A stretch of 64,000 nucleotides of DNA, from NCBI GenBank assembly GCA_041390305.1, contig JAWKQE010000028.1, positions 5,967 through 69,966 of the forward strand, given 5' to 3'. The notes beneath the pieces were generated by a model. That model searched no databases and was not told the origin of the DNA. It saw only the letters and a program-made list of their open reading frames with translations. Positions within the stretch are counted from its first letter, which is position 1. Every line of letters starts with the position of its first letter. The translations under genes and the position numbers were made by a program. Positions 46,193-54,687 of this stretch are shown here, in pieces. Source of the DNA: Candidatus Eiseniibacteriota bacterium. Its GTDB lineage: Bacteria > Eisenbacteria > RBG-16-71-46 > CAIMUX01.

Positions 46193-48286
46193 CTAGTTTG
46201 CCCGGTTCGGCCTCAGGAGCACGGCCGTCGCGCCGGCCATCTCCTGCGCTTCGAGGATGTCGCGGGCGATCTCGTAGGTGCGGGTGAGGAGGCGGGAGCG
46301 TTGGAGTGTCAGCGTCTCCTCGCTCCGCACGGTCCCATCGCCCTGCTGCTCGAAACGACTCGCAAACGCGACTTCGCGGTTGTGGATGTCGACGTGGGCG
46401 GGAACCGCGACGATCGCATACCGGCTCGCTTCGAGTTCGACGGTGATCCGGCGCGTCCAGGTCGCCGGGTAACCGTTTTCCACCGGGTACCGACGCTCCA
46501 CCTGCCCGATGAGGTCGAGACCCGCATCGAACGGGAACGGAAACGGCGCGAGGCGCGGCAGGACGTCGTCCACAGTCACGCTCTCGGTCTCGAATACGAA
46601 CGAGAGGAGAGCGCGTCCGGGAGAGGTCTCGCGGATCTCGGCCGACCGAACTTCGGCGTCGGCGTAGGTGGACCGGATCTGCGACTCGCAGTATTGCTGA
46701 ACCGCGTCACGCCGAGGGGTGTCGTTCCTCTCCGCGGTCGCGTCGAGGGCGGAGAGGAGAAGGGACCCTGGCTCGCCGTCGAGGATCATCTCGACGTCGC
46801 CGCGCGTGGCTCCGTCGCTGCCGACGGTCATGCGCACCTCGGTGAGGTGGCTGTTGTGTTTCGCCGCCGGTCTCGGAGTCGTGACGATCTCCGAGGTACC
46901 GTCCGTCCGCACCAGGACGGCTTCCACGCCTTCGCAGCGCCAGGGGAGTTCGCCCAGTGGGTAGTGACGTGCGGTCGGATCGATCCAGACCGGGTCGCTC
47001 CCGAGCTGGGTGAGAACGAGGATGTGGTTGAAGCTCCAGTTGGGGAATTTCACATCGAGCGGTCCGTGCTCGCGTGTGACGACGAGTGCGGGATCGGCGT
47101 CGTACCCTGCTTCTCTCAGCAGTGCGACGAGGAGGATGGCTTTGTCCTTGGAGTCTGCCCGGCCGCGCTCGAGGACCTTCGCCGGTTTCGATGGGGTCAG
47201 GCTCCCCTGACCCAACTCGAGGTCGATCGCCGGGAGCTGCTGGACGTAACGCGTGAGTGCGGAGATCTCGCGACGCGCCCGCTCCGATCCGTCGTCCGAG
47301 AGCGAACTCCGGCCACTCGACATCGATGCCCCACCTGCCACGAGGATTCCAGGGAGCGCGTCCGAGATCCTGTCGTCCGGCTTCAGGGCCTCCGCCAGGT
47401 GGTTCGTCCAATAGGACTCGGTCACCTCGTCCCAGGTCGTCCAGTCGGTGTGAGCGAACCTCGCATAGGCGAGGTACTCCTCGTGCGGCGGCATGCGGGG
47501 TTCCGGGACGAACCCGGGGACGTCACGCAGTGTCCACGTGAAGGTCTCGCTGAGGCCGAGCCCTGGGTTCTGCTCCTCCGAGATCACCGGTGCGCCGATC
47601 CGAGCGCATCGGTAGTACCGATAGCGCCAGTCCCACTCCCGACCTTCCTCGTCGTAGAGGACCTTGGGTACGGTGAGGCGATACTGTGCGAAGACGACCG
47701 GGTCGTACTCCTGCACGGCCCACGAGTCGTAGAGGTACGGCTCTCGTCGGCGCAGGCGGTAGCGGTACTCGTAGCTCGCGCCCGGCACGAGTCCATCGAA
47801 GGCGAGTCGCACCGTGTTCTTCTCGATCGACGCGTTCTCGGCGGCGGTGTCTCCCGCGTGCACTTCCGGGAGAGGCACGCTCGCGCGCCCCAGATCGACT
47901 TCCTCTCTCCGGATCGGGAGCACTCGACCTTCGGGCGTGTGGATGCGCGCCTCGAGGGAGACGAGCTGCTCGCCGGGGAATAGGTCGATCTCCACGTGGG
48001 ACCGCGCCTCGACGTTTCGAAACACGCGTACGATCCGGTGGAAGACCTGATCGGTCGCGAGGCCGCGGTCGGTGGTATAGAGCTCGGTGTCCACCGTGGC
48101 CAGGACGACGACCGCATCGTGGTCAGGGTACTGCTCGGCCGTGGGTAGCGGAGGGAGATCGTAGAGCCGCTGGATCTCCGCCATGGTGCGGAAGGCAGGA
48201 CGGCATCCGCCAGTGAGGACCAGAAGGAGAAGAAGGATCCAGAAGGACCCACGGATCGCTGCTCTCGGCTCGTTCGGGTTCGTCAT
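46193..48286 (-). CDS. DUF3857 plus transglutaminase-like domain protein (putative lipoprotein)
   Basis: LTGGC lipobox-like; DUF3857 (IVRVF...G..., L.F..L.PG...EYRY); TGase region PAKVLERGRADSKDKAILL, FNHIL, WIDPT. Confidence 0.8.
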   Translation of the reverse strand: MTNPNEPRAAIRGSFWILLLLLVLTGGCRPAFRTMAEIQRLYDLPPLPTAEQYPDHDAVVVLATVDTELYTTDRGLATDQVFHRIVRVFRNVEARSHVEIDLFPGEQLVSLEARIHTPEGRVLPIRREEVDLGRASVPLPEVHAGDTAAENASIEKNTVRLAFDGLVPGASYEYRYRLRRREPYLYDSWAVQEYDPVVFAQYRLTVPKVLYDEEGREWDWRYRYYRCARIGAPVISEEQNPGLGLSETFTWTLRDVPGFVPEPRMPPHEEYLAYARFAHTDWTTWDEVTESYWTNHLAEALKPDDRISDALPGILVAGGASMSSGRSSLSDDGSERARREISALTRYVQQLPAIDLELGQGSLTPSKPAKVLERGRADSKDKAILLVALLREAGYDADPALVVTREHGPLDVKFPNWSFNHILVLTQLGSDPVWIDPTARHYPLGELPWRCEGVEAVLVRTDGTSEIVTTPRPAAKHNSHLTEVRMTVGSDGATRGDVEMILDGEPGSLLLSALDATAERNDTPRRDAVQQYCESQIRSTYADAEVRSAEIRETSPGRALLSFVFETESVTVDDVLPRLAPFPFPFDAGLDLIGQVERRYPVENGYPATWTRRITVELEASRYAIVAVPAHVDIHNREVAFASRFEQQGDGTVRSEETLTLQRSRLLTRTYEIARDILEAQEMAGATAVLLRPNRAN

Positions 48287-48399
48287 CACGCCTTGTTTCG
48301 TTCGGGATCCCTCCGCTCCGGCGTTCTGGAGAGTAGTCGACCGAACCACGGGAATCCAGGTGCGAACCGGACGCGCTCACCGCTACGTCCTCTTCCGCC

Positions 48400-49137
48400 C
48401 TATCGACCGAGCGCCCTCTGGATCGTGTCGGCGACTTGGGTCGTCGGCTCGAGCGCGTGGATCTCCGCTGCGAGCGGAAGGCTCGGATCGGGAATCGCCG
48501 CGTGGAGGGGGTTGTACCAGACCGCGGCAACCTGGGCGCGGGCCGCTCCGGCGATGTCGGATACCCAGGAGTCTCCCACCATCACGGCGCATTCCGGACG
48601 AACCCCGAGCCACTCGAGAGCGATACGGAAGATCCCGGGTTCCGGCTTCGACACTCCCACCGCCTCGGACACGACGAGTTCGTCGACGAGGGAAGAGAGC
48701 CGGAGCGTCCGCATCTTCTCTTCCTGCTCGGCCGTCATGTTGTTCGTCACGACCGCGAGCCTGTAGTTCCGTCGCCGGAGTTCCTCGAGGAGGGCATGCG
48801 ACCCGGGCACGACCTCACGCACGGCTTGATACGCCTCTCGGTAGTGAGACGCGAGCCGGACGGCATCCTCTCGAGTGGCGCCACCACGGAAGCGCTCGAG
48901 AAGTCGGAACATCCTTTCTTCTCGTGCTTCGTCGACATCGATCTCTCCGGCCAGTACACGGAGATGGATCTCCTCGAGAACCTCGCGGTTCGCATGGAGG
49001 ACGTCGTCCAGCGGGGTCGCCGCGAGCGCGGGCTCCACCTGCCGGATCGCCTCGACTGCCCCTCGGGCGCTGCGCCGATGGTCGAACAATGTGTCGTCGA
49101 GGTCGAGAAGGACGGCTTCCGGTCGCTCGGGGGTCAT
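48400..49137 (-). CDS. HAD-superfamily hydrolase (YjjG/subfamily IA)
   Basis: LLDLDDTL, VVTN, SKPEPGIF, MVGDSWVSDI..A. Confidence 0.9.
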   Translation of the reverse strand: MTPERPEAVLLDLDDTLFDHRRSARGAVEAIRQVEPALAATPLDDVLHANREVLEEIHLRVLAGEIDVDEAREERMFRLLERFRGGATREDAVRLASHYREAYQAVREVVPGSHALLEELRRRNYRLAVVTNNMTAEQEEKMRTLRLSSLVDELVVSEAVGVSKPEPGIFRIALEWLGVRPECAVMVGDSWVSDIAGAARAQVAAVWYNPLHAAIPDPSLPLAAEIHALEPTTQVADTIQRALGR

Positions 49138-49277
49138 GGGCCGGACAATGAGCGAATCTGGAGCCGGCGTCGAGTTCCGGGTTGGTGCGCCGGGGCCCGG
49201 TCGAGCGCAAGGTGTGGTCTACGGATACCGGGAGGGCCGTTCGCTGCTTCAGCGGAGGTCGGGCCAGCGGATGTGCC

Positions 49278-49307
49278 TTGCAAAGGCCCCATAAGTAGTT
49301 ATAAAAT
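49278..49307 (+). promoter_or_regulatory. Sigma70-like promoter for the serine operon
   Basis: TTGCAA (49278-49283), 18 bp, TAAAAT (49302-49307), in a conspicuously AT-rich patch. Confidence 0.5.
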
Positions 49308-49383
49308 ATCATGTTTACGAGGTTGATAGTGTCCCCGCCGAGATACGCGGAAGCAGCACGGCTTCTTGCGGGAAACCCGCAGT

Positions 49384-49455
49384 GGTCCGCCCGGGTTGCT
49401 CGTGCCAATCTCCGATCTTGGTGGAATCGGCATCCGGAAGGAAGCAGCCCGGACC
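49384..49455 (+). ncRNA. Candidate structured RNA containing an SRP helix-8-like core
   Basis: TCCGGAAGGAAGCAGC at 49433-49448 matches the conserved SRP core, but the upstream CAGG is missing. An alternative fold is GGTCC/GGACC plus GGGTTGCT/AGCAGCCC. Confidence 0.3.
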
Positions 49456-49511
49456 GGCGGCGGTCCCCATCGACCGCGCCGGACCCAATCGATGACGCAG
49501 AGGGAGACAGC

Positions 49512-50786
49512 ATGGCACGCATCCGCCCCTTTCGAGCCCTGAGGCCCTATCCCGAGCTCGCCGCGAAAGTCGCGAGCCCGCCGTACGACGTGCTCTCGAG
49601 TGAGGAAGCGCGGGTCATGGCGGACGGCAATCCCGTCTCCTTTCTCCATGTGAACAAACCGGAGATCGACCTGCCTCGGGACACCGATCCGTACGCTCCG
49701 GAGGTCTACGCGAAGGGCGCCGAGAATCTCCAGCGCCTCATCGACGACGGTGTCTATCTCCGCGAGGAGAAGCCAGCGCTCTACCTCTATCGCCAGGTGA
49801 TGGGTGACCACGTCCAGACCGGGATCGCGGTGGGCGCGAGCGTCGAGGAGTACGAGACCGGCCGGATCAAGAAGCACGAGCACACGCGGCAGAAGAAGGA
49901 AGACGACCGCACGCGCCACATCGATGCGCTGGACGCCAACACCGGGCCGGTCTTCCTCACCTACAAGGCGCGTCCGGAGATCGACGCGCAGGTTGCGAGG
50001 CTCACCGAGGACGCTCCCGTCTACGACTTCGTGGCCCCCGACGGCATCCGTCACACCGTGTGGGTGGTGGACGAAGACGCGGAACGCGATACGCTGGTCC
50101 GTGCGTTCGCGGAGATCGACGATCTCTACGTCGCCGACGGCCACCACCGCTCCGCCGCGGCGACACGCGTCTGTCAGGCCCGTCGTGCCCAGAATCCGAA
50201 GCACACGGGGGAGGAGCCCTACAACTTCTTCCTCTCGATGATCTTCCCGGACGATCAGATGATGATCCTCGACTACAACCGGATCGTCCGTGACCTGAAC
50301 GGTCTCTCCGAGGACGAACTGCTCGGGAAGATCGGGTCCAAGTTCACGGTCGAATCGCTCGGCGATGCGAAGGCGAGCCGGACCGACATCCTCCACGACC
50401 CGCTCCGGCCGGGCCGGGCGAAGTCGTTCCTGATGTATCTCGGGGGCCGCTGGTTCCACCTCGACGCGCGTCCCGGCACATGGCCGGAGGATCCGGTCGC
50501 GCGTCTCGATGTGGCTGTACTGCAGGACAACCTCCTCGCGCCGATCCTCGGCATCGGGGACCCGCGCTCCGACGAACGGATCGACTTCGTTGGTGGAATG
50601 CGCGGACTGGTGGAGCTGGAGAAGCGGGTGGACTCGGGAGAGTTCCAGGTCGCTTTCGCGCTCTACCCGACGTCGATCGAAGACCTATTCGCCGTGGCCG
50701 ACGCGGGGCAGGTGATGCCGCCGAAGTCGACCTGGTCTGAACCGAAACTACGGTCCGGCTTGATCGTGAGACCACTCACGGACTAG
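49512..50786 (+). CDS. DUF1015 family protein
   Basis: PF.AL.P......VASPPYDV, HEHT...K..DR, GPVFL.Y, YVADGHHR.AAA, MPPKSTW.EPKLRSGL. Confidence 0.9.
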   Translation: MARIRPFRALRPYPELAAKVASPPYDVLSSEEARVMADGNPVSFLHVNKPEIDLPRDTDPYAPEVYAKGAENLQRLIDDGVYLREEKPALYLYRQVMGDHVQTGIAVGASVEEYETGRIKKHEHTRQKKEDDRTRHIDALDANTGPVFLTYKARPEIDAQVARLTEDAPVYDFVAPDGIRHTVWVVDEDAERDTLVRAFAEIDDLYVADGHHRSAAATRVCQARRAQNPKHTGEEPYNFFLSMIFPDDQMMILDYNRIVRDLNGLSEDELLGKIGSKFTVESLGDAKASRTDILHDPLRPGRAKSFLMYLGGRWFHLDARPGTWPEDPVARLDVAVLQDNLLAPILGIGDPRSDERIDFVGGMRGLVELEKRVDSGEFQVAFALYPTSIEDLFAVADAGQVMPPKSTWSEPKLRSGLIVRPLTD

Positions 50787-50817
50787 AGTGCCCGGTTCGA
50801 TTTCCAAGGAGACATAC

Positions 50818-51699
50818 ATGAAGATCCTTCTCTCCGATTCATTCGACGCCTCGCTCCCGAAGAAGCTCGAGGAGTTCGGCGAAGTCACGAACGACAAGAG
50901 TCAGCAGTCCAGCGCGAACGTCGTCCTCATCCGGTCGAAGACGACGTGTGATCGCGAGTACATCGACAAGGCGCCCGAACTCCAGCTCATCATCCGCGGC
51001 GGCGTCGGGCTCGACAACGTGGACGTGGAGTACGCGAAGTCCAAGGGCATCCAGGTCTTCAATACGGCCGAGGCTTCGGCCGTGGCCGTTGCCGAACTCG
51101 CCTTCGCCCTCATGATCGCCGTTCCGACCCGGATCGTCGAAGGCCACATGGGGATGAAGGAAGGCAAGTGGCTGAAGAAGGAACTCGGCCGGACCGAGCT
51201 CCTCGGGAAGACCCTCGGCATGATCGGCGTCGGTAACATCGGCACCGAGGTGGCGAAGCGGGCCAAGGCGTTCGGGATGACCGTGATCGCGAACGATCCA
51301 CAGAAGGCAACCCACGAGCACGCGGAGATGGTGTCGTTCGAGGATCTGCTCACGCGTTCCGACTACATCTCGATCAACGCTCCGCTCACGGACACGACGC
51401 GCAACATCATCCGCACCGAGACGATCGCGCGGATGAAGGACGGCGTCATCCTCGTGAACACGGCCCGCGGCAAGATCGTCAACGAGGTCGACCTGACCGC
51501 GGCGCTCGAGTCGGGGAAGGTGCGGAGCTACGCGACCGACGTCTGGTACTCCGACCCGCCGGCGAACGACAGCCCGCTCCTCACGGCGCCGAACGTCATC
51601 ATGACGCCGCACATCGGAGCGTCCTCGGACGAGAACATGCTCCGTATCGGCGATGTGGTCATCCGGATCATTCGCGACTTCGTTTCGCACAGCGCGTAA
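50818..51699 (+). CDS. serA: D-3-phosphoglycerate dehydrogenase (short form, no ACT domain)
   Basis: IRSKT, RGGVGLDNVD, AVAELA, GVGNIG, VNTARG..V.E, DV...DPP, TPHIGAS; located between DUF1015 and serC. Confidence 0.8.
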   Translation: MKILLSDSFDASLPKKLEEFGEVTNDKSQQSSANVVLIRSKTTCDREYIDKAPELQLIIRGGVGLDNVDVEYAKSKGIQVFNTAEASAVAVAELAFALMIAVPTRIVEGHMGMKEGKWLKKELGRTELLGKTLGMIGVGNIGTEVAKRAKAFGMTVIANDPQKATHEHAEMVSFEDLLTRSDYISINAPLTDTTRNIIRTETIARMKDGVILVNTARGKIVNEVDLTAALESGKVRSYATDVWYSDPPANDSPLLTAPNVIMTPHIGASSDENMLRIGDVVIRIIRDFVSHSA

Positions 51700-51782
51700 G
51701 CGGCGCGCCGCCCGGAGCGCGGACGCCGATCGGTTCTTTTTGAGTCCCGCGTGGGCGGGGCGATTCAGGAGGTAGAAAGAGA

Positions 51783-52865
51783 ATGGCTCGCATCTGGAAC
51801 TTCTCCGCGGGTCCGGCCACCCTTCCCGTCCCCGCACTCGAACGTGCGCAGAAGGAGATGCTCGACTGGGCCGGCACCGGGATGTCGATCATGGAGACGT
51901 CCCATCGGTCCAAGGAGTACGAACAGGTCCACAACGAGGCGGCGGACTCGTTCCGTCAGCTCCTGAAGCTGGACGACGACTTCACCGTGCTCTTCCTGCA
52001 GGGCGGTGCTTCCCAGCAGTTCGCCGTCCTGCCGATGAACTTCCTCCCGGCGGGTGGTTCGGCGGACTACGTCAACACGGGTGTCTGGTCGAAGAAGGCG
52101 CTGGCCGAGGCGAAGGCGCTCGGGAATGCGCGCGAAGCGGGCACGGCTGCGCCGGACTTCACGTCCGTGGTTCGGAAGGGCGGGCTCGAGCTCGACCCGA
52201 ACGCGGCCTATGTCCACTTCACGTCGAACAACACGATCAAGGGGACGCAGTACTACGAGTTCCCGGACTGTGGCTCGACGCCGATGGTCTGCGACATGTC
52301 CTCGGACTTCCTCTGGCAGCCGTTCGACGCGAACCGGTTCCACATGATCTACGCGGGCGCGCAGAAGAACATCGGCCCCGCCGGCGTGACCGTGGTTCTC
52401 CTCCGGAAGTCCTGGCTCGAGAAGGCGAACAAGGACATCCCGACGATCTTCCAGTACGGGATCCACGCCGAGAACAACTCGCTCTACAACACCCCGCCGA
52501 CCTTTGCGATCTACATCGTGCGGAACGTGCTGGACTGGGTGAAGGCCGAGGGCGGGCTCGAGGCGATGGAGAAGCGGAACCGCGCGAAGGGTGACCTCCT
52601 CTACTCGGCGATCGAGGCCCACGGTGACTTCTACCGCTGCCCGGTCGAGAAGGACAGCCGGAGCTACATGAACGTCGTCTTCCGTCTCCCGACCGAGGAA
52701 CTCGAGGCGAAGTTCGTGGCGGAAGCCAAGGCCGTCGGCCTTTCCGGCCTCAAGGGACACAGGTCCGTGGGCGGATGCCGCGCGTCGATCTACAACGCGA
52801 TGGAGAAGGCGGGTGTACAGGCGCTCGTCGACTTCATGGACACGTTCGCGAAGTCGAACGGCTGA
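51783..52865 (+). CDS. serC: Phosphoserine aminotransferase
   Basis: NFSAGPA.LP, SHRS, QGGASQQF, SNNTIKGTQ, DMSSD, YAGAQKNIGP.G (PLP Lys), NTPP, RS.MNV.F, GHRSVGG.RASIYNAM. Confidence 0.96.
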   Translation: MARIWNFSAGPATLPVPALERAQKEMLDWAGTGMSIMETSHRSKEYEQVHNEAADSFRQLLKLDDDFTVLFLQGGASQQFAVLPMNFLPAGGSADYVNTGVWSKKALAEAKALGNAREAGTAAPDFTSVVRKGGLELDPNAAYVHFTSNNTIKGTQYYEFPDCGSTPMVCDMSSDFLWQPFDANRFHMIYAGAQKNIGPAGVTVVLLRKSWLEKANKDIPTIFQYGIHAENNSLYNTPPTFAIYIVRNVLDWVKAEGGLEAMEKRNRAKGDLLYSAIEAHGDFYRCPVEKDSRSYMNVVFRLPTEELEAKFVAEAKAVGLSGLKGHRSVGGCRASIYNAMEKAGVQALVDFMDTFAKSNG

Positions 52866-52881
52866 TCCTGCTCGGAATCGT

Positions 52882-52925
52882 CGGCCGTGTTGGGTGGGGT
52901 TTGCTTTCGCTGCCCCACCCGGCCG
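52882..52925 (+). terminator. GC-rich hairpin after serC
   Basis: GGGTGGGG/CCCCACCC plus flanking CGGCC/GGCCG; no U-tract. Confidence 0.4.
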
Positions 52926-53080
52926 GGCGGGGCTTGCATCGTCACGACGCGCGGACCCGCGGATTTCTGTGTCTGCGGCCGCGGCCTGGCACGACAGATC
53001 GTGCGCACGTTTCCGACATTCTGTAGAAGTGTGCTACGATCCCTCTCTTGGCGTGCACATGCCATGGGAGGAACGTTCCC

Positions 53081-54685
53081 ATGCTTCGTTTCCTCTTCGC
53101 CTTCCGCCGACCTCGACCTACCGGACGTAGGTTCCCCTCGACACTTCACGGACTCGTGATGGGCCTCGTCGCCTTCACTCTCGTGTCCACCGCTTTCGGC
53201 TGCAGTGAGGACGAACTCTACGACACCGCATCCGATCAGGTCCGCCTGCGGGTCTCGCTCGTGGCGCAGGATGGTACCCCGGTCGAGACGGATGTCTCGG
53301 CAGTCCCCTATCCGAACTCGAAGGATGGAATCGTCGTGCACGCGATCTCTGTCGGTGGTGTCGCGGAGCTCCTGATCGCGCCGGGTGACTACACCGTCCA
53401 GGTCGATGGCGGATACGTGACGCGAGACGGAAAGGTATCCACGTCCCGGGATCTCTATCTCCACCATTTCGAGGCGGGCGACGACGTGTCACTGTCGGGC
53501 ACGTTCTCGGGTCTCGTCCTCGGTTTGCGGGACGGTGCTACCGGCGGGTGGCTCGAACTGGAGGAGGTTCCGGCTGGCTCGTTCGTCTTCGATGGCCGCG
53601 GCTCGTTCGCACACACACCCTCGCTCCTGGAAGACGGGAGGCTGTTCTTCCGCGATCTGGCCGACGACGAGTACGTGCTGGCCTACGAGTCCGCGGGCAG
53701 CGAGCCGTTTGCGCCGCTGACCTGGTTTCCGGGCACCGGGGTCCGATCGGAGCGCGACACGATCGAAGTCCTGCCCGGGACCCCTGCCGAAGTGGAAATG
53801 ACGCTGCTGCGGAGGGGGTATCTCGACCTTTCCTGGACGACACCGTTGCCCGACGGATTCGAGTGTTCGTACGTGCTCAACGAAGCTTCCGGCTCCGATG
53901 AACTCGCGTCTGGAGTCGGGAGTCGCGTTCTGATCGCGAATGCTCCCGTCGGCGAGCCGTTCCAGGCCCGCGGTGAGTTCACCTGGGAGTCCGAGGGGGG
54001 GACGTTCATCCGGACCTCTTACCTGAGGCTGCCCGAAGTCGTCCTTACTCCGGGAGACACGACCCAGTTCGAGATGGCGTTCCAGGGAGTTCAGGTCGTC
54101 GACACGCAATGTGGAGCTGGCTGTTCGCGACGTGTCACCGCGAACACCGTAGGGGCGGCCCTCTCCGAGTTGTCCTACTGCACGGGGCTCGGGATGGACG
54201 GCCGCTGGGTGCTTTTCCAGGCACGCGAGGAGCTCTCGCTGGATCTCCGGATCTCGCTCCCCCATGGTGCCGGTTTCGATACGTACTGGCCCGGTGTCGC
54301 CGATGCCCAAGATCGGGAGTCGCTCGTGCTCGAGGACGGAGATTCGAGGACGGTTGAGCTCGATGCACTCCTCGGCGGGACCGTGCGGGGCCGGGTCCTC
54401 GGCCCGGACGGAGAGCCCCTCTATATCTCGGCTCTCCGGGGCCTGACGATCCGAGTCTCGAAACCCGGCGCTTCCGTGGTCACCGTCTACGTCGAGCCGG
54501 ACGGTGGGTTCTCGGCGTCCGCGCTCCGTCCGGGGGACTACACGATCTCCGTACAGACGGGCGAGCGTTCCGATTTCGTCGACACCTGGTGGCCCAACGC
54601 CGGCACCCTCGAAGAAGCTGAGGTCCTGACGCTCTCGGAGGGTGACAAGGTCCACGGCCTCGACATCCGGATGCGGAGGAAGTAG
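53081..54685 (+). CDS. Lipoprotein with repeated carboxypeptidase-regulatory-like (prealbumin-fold) domains
   Basis: AFGC lipobox; three T[WY][FW]PG/N...E....L.G motifs; G.V.G.V.GPDG...G.FS...L.PG.Y. Confidence 0.7.
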   Translation: MLRFLFAFRRPRPTGRRFPSTLHGLVMGLVAFTLVSTAFGCSEDELYDTASDQVRLRVSLVAQDGTPVETDVSAVPYPNSKDGIVVHAISVGGVAELLIAPGDYTVQVDGGYVTRDGKVSTSRDLYLHHFEAGDDVSLSGTFSGLVLGLRDGATGGWLELEEVPAGSFVFDGRGSFAHTPSLLEDGRLFFRDLADDEYVLAYESAGSEPFAPLTWFPGTGVRSERDTIEVLPGTPAEVEMTLLRRGYLDLSWTTPLPDGFECSYVLNEASGSDELASGVGSRVLIANAPVGEPFQARGEFTWESEGGTFIRTSYLRLPEVVLTPGDTTQFEMAFQGVQVVDTQCGAGCSRRVTANTVGAALSELSYCTGLGMDGRWVLFQAREELSLDLRISLPHGAGFDTYWPGVADAQDRESLVLEDGDSRTVELDALLGGTVRGRVLGPDGEPLYISALRGLTIRVSKPGASVVTVYVEPDGGFSASALRPGDYTISVQTGERSDFVDTWWPNAGTLEEAEVLTLSEGDKVHGLDIRMRRK

Positions 54686-54687
54686 CG

